64,000 nt of DNA from Octopus sinensis (Eukaryota): positions 13,392,001 to 13,456,000 of the forward strand of contig NC_043010.1 of the NCBI RefSeq assembly GCF_006345805.1, written 5' to 3'. Below, piece after piece: positions 27,393-38,519 of this stretch. The translations under genes and the position numbers were made by a program. A model generated the notes under the pieces. It was not told the DNA's origin, searched no databases, and saw only the letters and a list, made by a program, of their open reading frames with translations. Position 1 is the stretch's first letter. Each line of letters starts with the position of its first letter.

Positions 27393-27566
27393 CGACGACG
27401 ACGACGACGGCGAAGATGACATTAATGATGATGACAAAGATGATGATGATGATGATGATGCAGATAATAATGATGATGATAATGATGATGACAGCAATGA
27501 TAATGACAACAATGATGATGGCAATGGTGGTGGTGGTGCTGGTGGTGGTGGTGGTGGTGGTGGTGG

Positions 27567-27597
<31 letters not shown>

Positions 27598-28720
27598 GGT
27601 GGTGGTGACTGTGCCTTAGTTGTAATGATATTGTCGTTTTTGCCCCAAATCAACGACCCAGATTGGACAAACCTATTATCAAAAGAATAGTTCCAGCCGT
27701 GACCATCCCATCTTTTTCCTTTTTTTCAGACATAACACACCTCTGTTTACATTATCCCCTATGTCCACTCCTTTTTTTTTTGTTTTTAGTACAGTAAGAC
27801 ATTATTTAATGTAGATTTTGGTTGCTATTTCTAGCAAGTCAGGCAACCACATAGAGGCCTGTTGATGGTTTCCTGAAAATCGATGTTGGGGACATATGCT
27901 GTCAACGTTAATACAACCCCGAGTCAGTTCTGATCAAACAGACCTATGAGCAAAACTCCCATCAATGACCATCCTGCCTTTTTCTGATTTTCGAACATAG
28001 TGTATCTAGGAAAACATTACCCTGGTGTCCTTCTCTTTTTGAGACAATAGCATTAATTTGAGGAAGATTTGGGTGTTAATTTTAGCAGATGGAAATCACC
28101 ATGTAGGAGAGGCATGGATATGATAAACACTGGTGAGAAGAACAATATTGATTCTCATTATGAAAGGTAATAGGTGTGGTGGGGAAGGTGATGGTGGTGG
28201 TGGTGGTGATGGTGGTGGTGGTGGTGGTGGTTGCTGGTGGTGGTGGTGGTGGTGGTGGTGGTGGTGATGGTGGTGGTGGTGGTGATGGTGGTGGTGGTGA
28301 TGGTGGTGGTGGTAGTGGTAGTGGTGATGGTGGTGGTGGTGGTGGTGGTGGTGGTGATGGTGGTGGTGATGGTGGTGGTGGTTGCTGGTGGTGGTATTGG
28401 TGGTTATTGTTGTTGTTGGTGGTGGTGGTGGTGGTAGTGGTGACAGAGGTGGTGGTGGAGGAGGTGGTGCTGGCAGAGGTGGTAGTGGTGGTGGTGGTGA
28501 TAGTACTAATGGTATTGGTGGTACTGTTGCTGCTGGTGCTACCAGGTCCCTAATTGTAATGGTGTACGTGGTGATAATATTCTTGTGGGGCGGTGCAGGA
28601 GATGTTCCTAATGGTAATAACAGTTTTTGTGATGATGGCTGTACGGAAGGTGGTAGTGGTGGCGGTGGTAGTGGTGGTGGTGGTGGTGGTTGGAGGAGGA
28701 GGAGGAGAGAGGAACGAAAG
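26060..28720. repeat. (GAT)/(GGT)-rich low-complexity tracts
   Basis: Direct reading. Confidence 0.85.
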
Positions 28721-28861
28721 AGGAGGAGCTTGCTTCCCGACCGCTTGGTCTTGGGTTCAGTCCCACTGTGTGTGTGGCACCTTAAGCAAGTGTCTTCTAT
28801 TATAGCCCCAGGCCTGAGTGAATTCTCATTAGATGGAAACTGCAAGAAGCTCATTATATAC

Positions 28862-28893
<32 letters not shown>

Positions 28894-29326
28894 GTATTTG
28901 TTTGTCTCTGTGTTTGTGTTGTTTTCCTCCCCCACCACTGCTTGACAACTGGTGTTGGTTTGTTTACATCCCCATAACTCAGCAGTTTGGCAAAGTGGCA
29001 GGTTTTTTAAAAATATAAGTCTTGAGGTTCGTTCAACTAAACTCTTCATTCAACTAAACCCTTCAAGACAGTGCCCCAGCATGGCCACAGTCCATTGACA
29101 GAAACAAATAAAAGAGGAAAGAGAAAAGATAAGACATGTTTGAAAAGCTCAATGATAATTTCCAGTGTCCAGGGATGTGAGATCAAATCAGAGATGACCA
29201 CGGTGTATGTAGCACCGTGGTTGCTTATGGCTAAGAAACTATGCTTTCAGCCTTTTGGCCTTTATATAATAGGGTAAGGGTAAAGGCCCCCTTCGGTGAT
29301 GAATGATCATAGGATTTCACATAGAA

Positions 29327-29560
29327 GGGCGGCGAGCTGGCAGAATCGTTAGCATGCTGGGCGAAATGCTTTGCGGTATTTCATCTGTCACTATGTTCTG
29401 AGTTCAAATTCTGCCGAGGTCAACTTTGCCTTTCATCCTTTCGGGGTTGATTAAATAAGTACCAGTTACGCACTGGAGTCGATATAATCGACTTAATCCG
29501 TTTGTCTGTCCTTGTTTGTCCTCTCTGTGTTTAGCCCCTTGTGGGTAGTAAAGAAATAGG
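29327..29560 (+). mobile_element. SINE family B (tRNA-derived); other copies at about 7820-8058, 9138-9355, 9375-9590, 16322-16548(-), 21440-21672(-), 30755-30975(-), 47558-47790, 60218-60448(-)
   Basis: The head is ggcgagctggcagaatcgttagc...gagttcaaattc. TSDs: ataggatttcacatagaa (29309, 29556), agatatatccttcct (47543, 47788), gaagcagttaaattact (60201, 60449) and atgggtagtacct (21428, 21673). Confidence 0.9.
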
Positions 29561-31019
29561 ATTTCACATAGAAAGTTTCCCTCCGAGGCACAAGTCTGGA
29601 CAAATTGTTTATGGAAGACCAGCAGTCACCGATACATACCAGCCTCCTTTCTCCACACCACCGATGTTATCCAAGGGAAAGGCAAAGTCCAATACAGCTT
29701 GGCTGCCAGTGACATCACAACTCATTTGTGCAGCTGAGTGAACTGGAGCAACATGAAATAAAGTGTCTTGCTCAAGAACACAACACACAGCCTGGTCTGG
29801 GAATTGAGCCTACTACCTCATGATTGTGAGCCTGACGCTCTAACCACTGAGCTATGCACCTTCACTGCACAACACTTTGGGTAAGTGTGTCTTTTATTGT
29901 AGCCCTGGGTCAACCAAAGCCTGATAAGTGGAATTTGGTAAATGGAAAATGTGTGGAAGCTTGTCAGAAGGAGCAGACTGTTGCAGTTCTTAAATCATAG
30001 ATTTAATCCATTGATCAGATAAACCACTGGCTGTGAGCCAGACAATAACTTGGCTCACAACCAATGGTTAACTTTATATGGCAGTTTGACTTGCTAGAAA
30101 TGAAAGCTAAATCTCTCTCAAATCACACCCAATATTCTTTTCTAACTTTGTCATATTAATAAATGATAGTATTTTTATGTACCATCCGAGCGTGATCATT
30201 GCCAGAGCGGCTATCTGGCCTCCGTGCCAGTGGCACATAAAAGACACCATTCGAGCATAATCGTTACCAGTATTACCTTACTGGCACCTGTGCCAAGTGG
30301 CATGTGTAAAAGATTCGAGCAAGGTCATTGCCAGTGCCGCCTGACTGACCCCGTGCCAGTGGCATGTAAAAGCACCCACTACACTCTCGGAGTGGTTGGC
30401 ATTAGAAAAGGCATCCAGCTGTAGATACTCTGCCAGATTAAGATTAAAGCCTGGTGCAGCCATCTGGTTCGCCAGCCCGCAGTCATTCGTCCAACCCATG
30501 CTAGCATGGAAAGCGGACGTTAAACGATGATGATGATGATCACAAACATACACACACCATCCAGCTACATTGTCCTTGTTTCAACACCATAAAATCATAC
30601 ACACACACACACACATGCATGTATGTATGCACACATACACACATGCAGACGTATGCATGCATGCAAACATCTATATACACTGATCATGAATTACAAGCAT
30701 ACAGTCAACACACCCATAGATCAAATATGTATATTGTCCATGTATTACCACCATACCTATTTCTTTACTATCCACAAGGGGCTAAACACAGAGGGGACAA
30801 ACAAGGACAGACATAGGTATTAAGTCGATTACATCGATCCCAGTGCATAACTGGTACTTAATTTATTGACCCCGAAAGGATGAAAGGTAAAGTCGACCTC
30901 GGCGGAATTTGAACTCAGAACATAACGGCAGACGAAATACGGCTACGCATTTCGCCCGGCGTGTTAACGTTTCTGACCAGATACTATCTTACCATTCTAA
31001 TGCTAAACATAATTACGAC

Positions 31020-31560
31020 ATACTGGTCACCACACACACTGACCATCTACCTACTTGGCCATACACTCACCATATACTGACCACCTGTCTACACTGCTAT
31101 AAAATCATCATCCATTGACCATCCACCCATACTGCCATACAGTCACAACACACTGGCCACCCTCACACACTGTCATACAGCCACTACTCACTGACCACCC
31201 ACATTCGCTACCATTCTCTCACCACAAACTGTCCACCTGCCTGCACAGCCATACATTGCCACACACTGACCATCCACCTACACTAGCATATATTAACCAA
31301 ACACTGGCCACACACCTACACAGCCATGCATTCATCATACACTGACCACACACCTATACTGCCACATAGTCACCACACTGACCACCCACCTACATAGCCA
31401 CACATTCACCACACACTGACCACTACTTGCTCAGCCTTAGTCACACTGACTACTCCCCCTACTTGGCCATGTAGTTACCACACTCTCCTTGTATCCTTGT
31501 CATACGGACCTCCCACATTGACCTCACCCTTACTTATAGCCACATACACTGACCACCCAC
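31020..31560. repeat. Degenerate minisatellite built on cacactgaccac
   Basis: Recurrent cacactgacc/cacactggcc motifs with irregular spacing. Confidence 0.6.
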
Positions 31561-32258
31561 TTACAGAAACTCCTAAAAAGCCACTCCAAGTTCAGTCAAA
31601 CTTCCCTTCTTTTACAACCATACAAACTTCCATCTCTAAGCAGCCATTTGAGCTAATAGAAATAGCAGCTAAATCTCCCTCAGGCTGCACCCTGATGTTT
31701 TACAAATGGAAGTATGCATTGGAGAATGCTGCAAACTCTGACTTAAGATACACAATGTCCAAAAAGGTGACCGAATGATTAAAGCTGAAACACTTTTGAT
31801 TATACTCTTTTACTCTTTTACTTGTTTCAGTCATTTGACTGCGGCCATGCTGGAGCACCACCTTTAGTCGAGCAAATCGACCCCAGGACTTATTCTTTAT
31901 AAGCCCAGTACTTATTCTATCGGTCTCTTTTGCCGAACCGCTAAGTTACAGGGACATAAACACACCAGCATCGGTTGTCAAGCGATGTTGGGTAGGGGCA
32001 GGACAAACACAGACACAAAGACACACACACACAGAAATATATATATATACACATATATACGACAGGTTCCTTTCAGTTTCCGTCTACCAAATCCACTCAC
32101 AAGGCTTTGGTCGGCCCGAGGCTATAGTAGAAGACACTTGCCCAAGGTGCCACACAGTGGGACTGAATCCAGAACCATGTGGTTGGTAAGCAAGCTACTT
32201 ACCACACAGCCACTCCTGCACCTAATTTATTTTTTTAGTGTCTTTGGTCAGTAAGTGT

Positions 32259-32645
32259 TATTTCCTATTTGCTTCTATTTAGAAATCAAAGGAAATGACT
32301 TCTATTCCCTTCAAACTTTGCTTTTGTGATCTGGACATGAATGATTTGAAACTGACCTCTTTTCCATTACATTTCAGACAGATTCAGTACTGAGTTGCTG
32401 AAGCAGAAATATCGTTATATCAAATATTCTGCACAATACCACCTTGACCTTAACCACTTAAACATGTCCCTTAGTGGCTGACAATTATGTGCACTTCTGA
32501 TCATGAGCAGGAGTAGTGGGGGAGCATCATAGCCATGTGTTGAGAGGGATTACTTGGGGTTTGAATGAATGTAACAGAAGTAAAGTTTGAAGGAAAAATT
32601 AGCCACTTTTCATACTTTCTAGGAGTAAGCAAATAGGAAATAAAC
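32259..32645. mobile_element. Old MITE-like element with long imperfect inverted ends
   Basis: tatttcctatttgctt...ttcaaactttgc is mirrored by gtaaagtttgaa...aagcaaataggaaata. Confidence 0.5.
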
Positions 32646-33263
32646 AGTTGCTACCCAAGGAAAAAATATTGTGTTACATAGTGTTACAGATCTACTCAGT
32701 CCGAGCTGAGCTTAAACAACAACAACAACAATGTCAGTAACAGATCCAACATCATCATCATCATCATCATCGTTTAACGTCCGCTTTCCATGCTAGCATG
32801 GGTTGGATAATTTTGACTGAGGGCTGGCGAACCAGATGGCTGCACCAGGTTCCAACATATAAAGATATTTCATAAATTGTAGATCAAGACTGTTTGATAC
32901 AATTGTGTGCATACACTGTTAACAATATCCTTGCCATACACGATGCACACATACAATTCACCTTGGTTTTATATAGGATTGTATATTTGGGGTCAAACAT
33001 TCAATAAGCAAAACCCCTTTTTCTTTACATATTGATTTCTATTGACTAGGCACAAAGCCAAATTTTGTAAAAGAAAGCTCTATTCATATGAAATAAACCC
33101 CATTATATATAGTGACTTGTTTTATCAGCCCAAGGGGTATAATATTTCAATGTTAAGTCCTATGAGATTTGAATTCATAACATGGAGATGCAGCTAATTA
33201 TTGCAAGACTCTGTTAGTTTTGCCAACTCACCATTCCAATATTGCATACATTAACAATTTAGT

Positions 33264-33647
33264 GGAGGCGCAATGGCCCAGTGGTTAGGGCAGCGGACTC
33301 GCGGTCATAGGATTGCGGTTTCGATTCCCAGACCGGGCGTTGTGAGTGTTTATTGAGCGAAAACACCTAAAGTTCCACGAGGCTCCGGCAGGGGATGGTG
33401 GTGATCCCTGCTGTACTCTTTCACCACAACTTTCTCTCACTCTTACTTCCTGTTTCTGTTATACCTGTATTTCAAAGGGCCGGCCTTGTCACTCTCTGTG
33501 TCACGCTGAATATCCCCGAGAACTACGTTAAGGGTACGCGTATCTGTGGAGTGCTCAGCCACTTACACGTTAATTTCACGAGCAGGCTGTTCCGTTGATT
33601 CAGATCAACCAGAACCCTCGTTGTCATAACCGACGGAGTGCTTCCAC
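33264..33647 (+). mobile_element. SINE family C (tRNA-like head)
   Basis: The head ggaggcgcaatggcccagtggttaggg...ggtttcgattccc has A and B boxes. The TSD is acattaacaatt. Confidence 0.8.
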
Positions 33648-33966
33648 ATTAACAATTATATTTCTGTTATCAAATGATACCAGTTATGCCTCCTACCACA
33701 GGGATATAACACAGTTGATAAACTATTTCTACGGAGTATTCTATACTCTTCCTTTTACTCTTTTACTTGTTTCAGTCATTTGACTGCGGCCATGCTGGAG
33801 CACCGCCTTTTAGTCGAGCAAATTGACCCCCAGGACTTATTCTTTGTAAGCCTAGTATTTATTCTATCGGTCTCTTTTGCCGAACCGCTAAGTTACGGGG
33901 ACGTAAACACACTAGCATCGGTTGTCAAGTGATGTTGGGGGAACAAACATGGACACACAAACATAT

Positions 33967-33997
<31 letters not shown>

Positions 33998-34026
33998 CAT
34001 ACACACATATATATATACATATATAT

Positions 34027-35931
34027 CAAGACAGGATGCCCCTGGGAGCTCCTCTATGCTGATGACCTTGCTCTAATTGCTGAGTCTCTATCAGAACTAG
34101 AGGAGAAGTTTCAGGTATGGAAACAAGGTTTAGAATCGAAGGGCCTTAGAATCAACCTAGCCAAAACCAAAGTCCTAATAAGTAGGAAGGTAGACCAATC
34201 ACAAACGCCTTCAGGTAGATGGCCCTGCTCGATCTGTAGAAAAGGTGTAGGTAGAAACTCTATAAGATGCACCAAGTGTAAGCTATGGACACATAAGAGG
34301 TGCAGCAATGTCAAAGGAAGGCTAACTAGGAAGATGGTTTTTGTATGTGGCAGATGCTCAGGAACAATTAACACTGAAGATGCTCTGAGACCAACTTCCG
34401 TCACTTTCCAGGGAGAAAAGCTAGAAGTAGTTGATAGTTTCCGTTACCTAGGTGACCAAGTCAGTAGCGGGGGCGGGTGCGCTGAGAGTATAACTGCTAG
34501 AGTAAGAATAGCCTGGGCAAAGTTTAGAGAGCTCTTACCCCTGCTGGTGACAAAAGGCCTCTCGCTCAAAGTAAAAGGCAGACTGTATGATGCATGTGTA
34601 CGTACAGCCATGCTACATGGTAGTGAAACTTGGGCTGTGACTGCTGAGGATTTGCGTAAGCTCGCAAGAAATGAAGCTAGTATGCTCCGATGGATGTGTA
34701 ACGTCAGTGTTCATAATCGACAGAGTGTAAGTGCCTTGAGAGAAAAGTTGAACCTAAGAAGTATCAGTTGTTGTGTGCAAGAGAGACGTATGCGCTGGTA
34801 TGGTCATGTGATGAGAATGGCTGAAGATAGTTGTGTGCGAAAGTGCCACACCCTGGCAGTTGAGAGGACCTGTGGAAGAGGTAGACCCAGGAAAACCTGG
34901 GTCGAGGCGGTGAAGCACGACCTTCGAACTTTAGGTCTCACCAAGGAAATGACCAGTGACCGAGACCTTTGGAGGTATGCTGTGCGTGAGAAAACCCGGC
35001 AAGACCAGTGAGAACAGTCAAAATCAAGATCAAACCAAATTGAGGTCGATCAACATCAGGGCCCCCGTGCAGGTGACACGTAAAAGTACCATCCGTTCGT
35101 AGCCGTTCGCCAGCCCTGTCTGGCCCCCGTGTAGGTGGCACGTAAAAGCACCATCCGTTCGTGTTCGTTGCCAGCCTGGCCTGGCCCCCGTGCCGGTGAC
35201 ACGTAAAAGTACCATCCGTTTGTGGCCGTTTGCCAGCCTGTCTGCCCCCGTGCCGGTGACACGTAAAAGCACCATCCGTTCGTGGCCGTTTGCCAGCTCT
35301 GTCTGGCCCCCGTGCCGGTGACATGTAAAAGCACCATCCGTTCGTGGCCGTTTGCCAGCCCTGTCTGGCCCCATGTCGGTGACATGTAAAAGCACCATCC
35401 GTTCGTGTCCGTTGCCAGCCTCGCCTGGCCCCCGTGCCGGTGACACGTAAAAGCACCATCCGTTCGTGGCCGTTTGCCAGCCCTGTCTGGCCCCCATGTC
35501 GGTGGCATGTAAAAGCACCATCCGTTCGTGCCCGTTGCCAGCCTCGCCTGGCCCCCGTGCCGGTGACACGTAAAAGCACCATCCGTTTCATGGCCGTTTG
35601 CCAGCTCTGTCTGGCCCCCGTGTTGGTGGCACGTAAAAGCACCATCCGTTCGTGTCCGTTGCCAGCCTCGCCTGGCCCCGTGCCGGTGACACGTAAAAGC
35701 ACCATCCGTTCGTGGCCGTTTGCCAGCTCTGTCTGGCACCTGTGCAGGTGGCACGTAAAAAGCACCCACTACACTCACGGAGTGGTTGGCGTTAGGAAGG
35801 GCATCCAGCCGTAGAAACACTGCCAGATCTGACTGGTCCTGATGAAGCCTTCCAGCTTCACAGACCCCAGTTGAACCGTCCAACCCATGCTAGCATGGAA
35901 AACGGACGCTAAATGATGATGATGATGATGA
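34027..35931 (+). mobile_element. 5'-truncated RTE-clade LINE with an intact RT C-terminal frame, tandem-repeat 3' UTR and (GAT)n tail
   Basis: 327 uninterrupted codons from 34028 include LLYADD, GLRINLAKTK, a Cys/His finger, FRYLG, AMLHGSETW, RWYGHV and GRGRPRKTW. The stop is at 35011 and the tail is aaatgatgatgatg. Confidence 0.92.
35061..35760 (+). repeat. About 61-bp tandem repeat (11 units plus a partial) in the RTE 3' UTR
   Basis: The unit is approximately gcccccgtgccggtgacacgtaaaagcaccatccgttcgtggccgtttgccagctctgtctg, with two sub-variants. Confidence 0.95.
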
Positions 35932-36606
35932 TATATATATATATATATATACACATATATATATATATATATACACATATATATATATATACACATATAT
36001 ATACACATATATATATACACATATATATACATACATGCATATACACATATATATATATACACACATACATATATATATATACATACATACACATATATAT
36101 ACATACATACTTATATACATACATACATACATATACATACATACATACATACATACATACATACACATATATACAATGGGCTTCTTTCAGTTTCTGTCTA
36201 CCAAATCCACTCACAAGGCTTTGGTCAACCCGAGGCTATAGTAGAAGACACTTGCCCAAGATGCCACGCAGTGGGACTGAACACATAACCATATGGTTCG
36301 TAGACAAGCTACTTACCACACAGCCACTCCAGCATTTTATAGTTTCTGTTGTGCTATCTATAAATATAGGATATAATAACTACTATTTAGGTGTGAAATT
36401 GTATTTAATGAAACAGTGTTGGATTTTACCTAATTAATGTTGAGCATCCTAATTTTTGGTAGTAATAATGATTTTGTTCCTTTGCTTTTCTTTTAGTTCT
36501 TTTTTTTGTTTTTAGCTTTTTTTATTTGTCAGTGTATGCAAAAGGAAAAATATTTTTATATTTCATTTAGGTTATAAATTCAAGTTGTAAATAATCACTA
36601 TATTCT

Positions 36607-36609
<3 letters not shown>

Positions 36610-36669
<60 letters not shown>

Positions 36670-36778
36670 ATGTGTATCTGTGTGTGTGTGTGTGTGTGTG
36701 TGTGTGCATGTGTATCTGTGTGTGTGTGTGTGTGTGTGTGCATGTGTGTGTGTGTGTGTGTGTGTGTGCATGCATGTG

Positions 36779-36815
<37 letters not shown>

Positions 36816-36817
36816 TG

Positions 36818-36853
<36 letters not shown>

Positions 36854-37130
36854 ATGTGTTGTGTGTGTGTGTGTGTGTGTGGATGTGTATCTGTGTGTGT
36901 GTGTGTGTGCATGTGTGTCTGTGTGTGTGTGTGTGCATGCATGTGTATCTGTGTGTGTGTGTGTGTGTGTGTGCGTGTGTATCTGTGTGTGTGTGTGTGT
37001 GTGTGCATGTGTATCTGTGTGTGTGTGTGTGTGTGTGTGTGCATGTGTATCTGTGTGTGTGTGTGTGTGCATGTGTGTCTGTGTGTGTGTGTGTGCATGC
37101 ATGTGTATCTATGTGTGTGTGTGTGCGTAT
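36610..37130. repeat. (TG)n compound microsatellite with catgtgtatc interruptions
   Basis: Direct reading. Confidence 0.95.
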
Positions 37131-38183
37131 AAATTCTTGTATTCTTTTATTTGTTTCAGTCATTTTGAATGTGGCCATGCTGGAGCACTGCCATTAGTCG
37201 AACAGCTCAACCCCAGGACTTATTATTTGTAAGCTTAGTACTTATTCTATCGGTCTCTTTTGCCAAACCGCTAAGTTACTGGGACGTAAACACACCCGCA
37301 TTGGTTGTCAAGCAATAGTGCGGTGGTGGGACAAACACAGATACACAAACACACACACATATATATATGACGGGCTTCTTGCAGTTTCTATCTACCAAAT
37401 CCACTCACAAGGCTTTGGTCAGCCCAACACTATAGCAGAAGACACTTGCCCAAGATCCCACGCAGTAGGACTGAACCCAGAACCATGTCATGGGTAAGTA
37501 AGCTACTTACCACACAGCCACTCATATATATATATATATATATGACAAGCTTCTTTTAATTTCCATCTAACATATCCCCTAACAAGGTTTTGATCAACCC
37601 AAGGCTATAGTAGAAGACACTTGCCCAAGGTGCCATGCAATGAGACTGAACCCAGAACCATGTGGCTGGTAAGCAAGCTACTTACCACACAGCCACACCT
37701 GTATATATATATATATATATATATATCATCATCATCATCATCATCATCATCATTTAGCGTCCGCTTTCCATGCTAGCATGGGTTGGACGGGTCAACTGGG
37801 GTCTGTGAAGCTTGAAGGCTTCGTCAGGCCCAGTCAGATCTGGCATACGTTATATCATATATTATATTATGCTACGTTATATTTGATATATATATACATA
37901 TATATATGTATGGGTATGTATATATATAAAATACAAAATGGGACAAAAACACAAAACATCTAGACAGCTAGGTGATACAAAAAGGGACAACAAAACATCC
38001 AGATAGACGATACAAAGAAAACAAGGATGGGTCATTCGAAGTTTTCTTTCCTCAGTCAAGTACCAGATTATCCTCGCTATTTCGGCTGATTATTCTTGAG
38101 ATTGCTCCAATCTGGCCAGCCCCAAAGAAAAACTAAGCTAAGAGCATTAGATTCCTTGGAAGAAAGCAGTGAATGTATATATA

Positions 38184-38398
38184 TACGAAGGGGTGTTGAA
38201 GAGTTTTTGACTTTAAGGGTATTGCAAAAGGCCTGGTTAGGGGGCCAACATTCCAAGTTCTTTCACAAGGCTTAGGAAGACTGAAGGACCGCTGCAATAA
38301 GTGTGAGAATTTGAGAGGAGAATGTGTTGAATAAAATCATAATTAACTAATATTCCTCTGTATTTTCATTTTACCAGGAACTTTTCAGCACCCCCTCA

Positions 38399-38400
<2 letters not shown>
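38184..38400 (+). mobile_element. mariner-derived MITE
   Basis: The TIRs are tacgaaggggtgttgaagag and cttttcagcaccccctcatg. An internal remnant GLGRLKDRCNKCENLRGECVE* resembles the mariner transposase C-terminus. Confidence 0.7.
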
Positions 38401-38435
<35 letters not shown>

Positions 38436-38519
38436 TATTAATATATATTATATTATATATATATATATAAAAGGAAATGAAGAAAATGCTGACAAATAAT
38501 TGAAGTAATTTAAGTAATT

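Larger units (their letters stand above)
20500..28090. mobile_element. Cluster of fragments of an old interspersed repeat (family F: gctagaaatagcagccaaatctccctcaaatcac ... gacctggggctaaacaacaac)
   Basis: The motif recurs on + at about 20510, 21185, 22447, 23218, 23445, 23705 and on - at about 26690, 27020, 27810, 28060, with further copies at 9700-9790, 30090, 31655 and 53540. Confidence 0.6.

Noticed and set aside
33264-33335. tRNA genes at SINE heads (also 2527, 29327, 59070)
   Set aside because: A and B boxes are present but there is no complete cloverleaf or acceptor stem, and each continues into a SINE body, often with TSDs.
35061-35760. CRISPR-like repeat-spacer appearance
   Set aside because: The spacers are themselves repeated variants, the array lies in a LINE 3' UTR, the context is eukaryotic, and there are no cas genes.
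38024-38056. Hammerhead-like CTGAGGA-AAG(AAAA)CTT-CGAATG on the minus strand, and CTGAAGA...CTTCGAATG at 45622-45652
   Set aside because: GAAA is replaced by GAAU and no convincing helix I, helix III or cleavage triplet can be drawn, so I did not call them.
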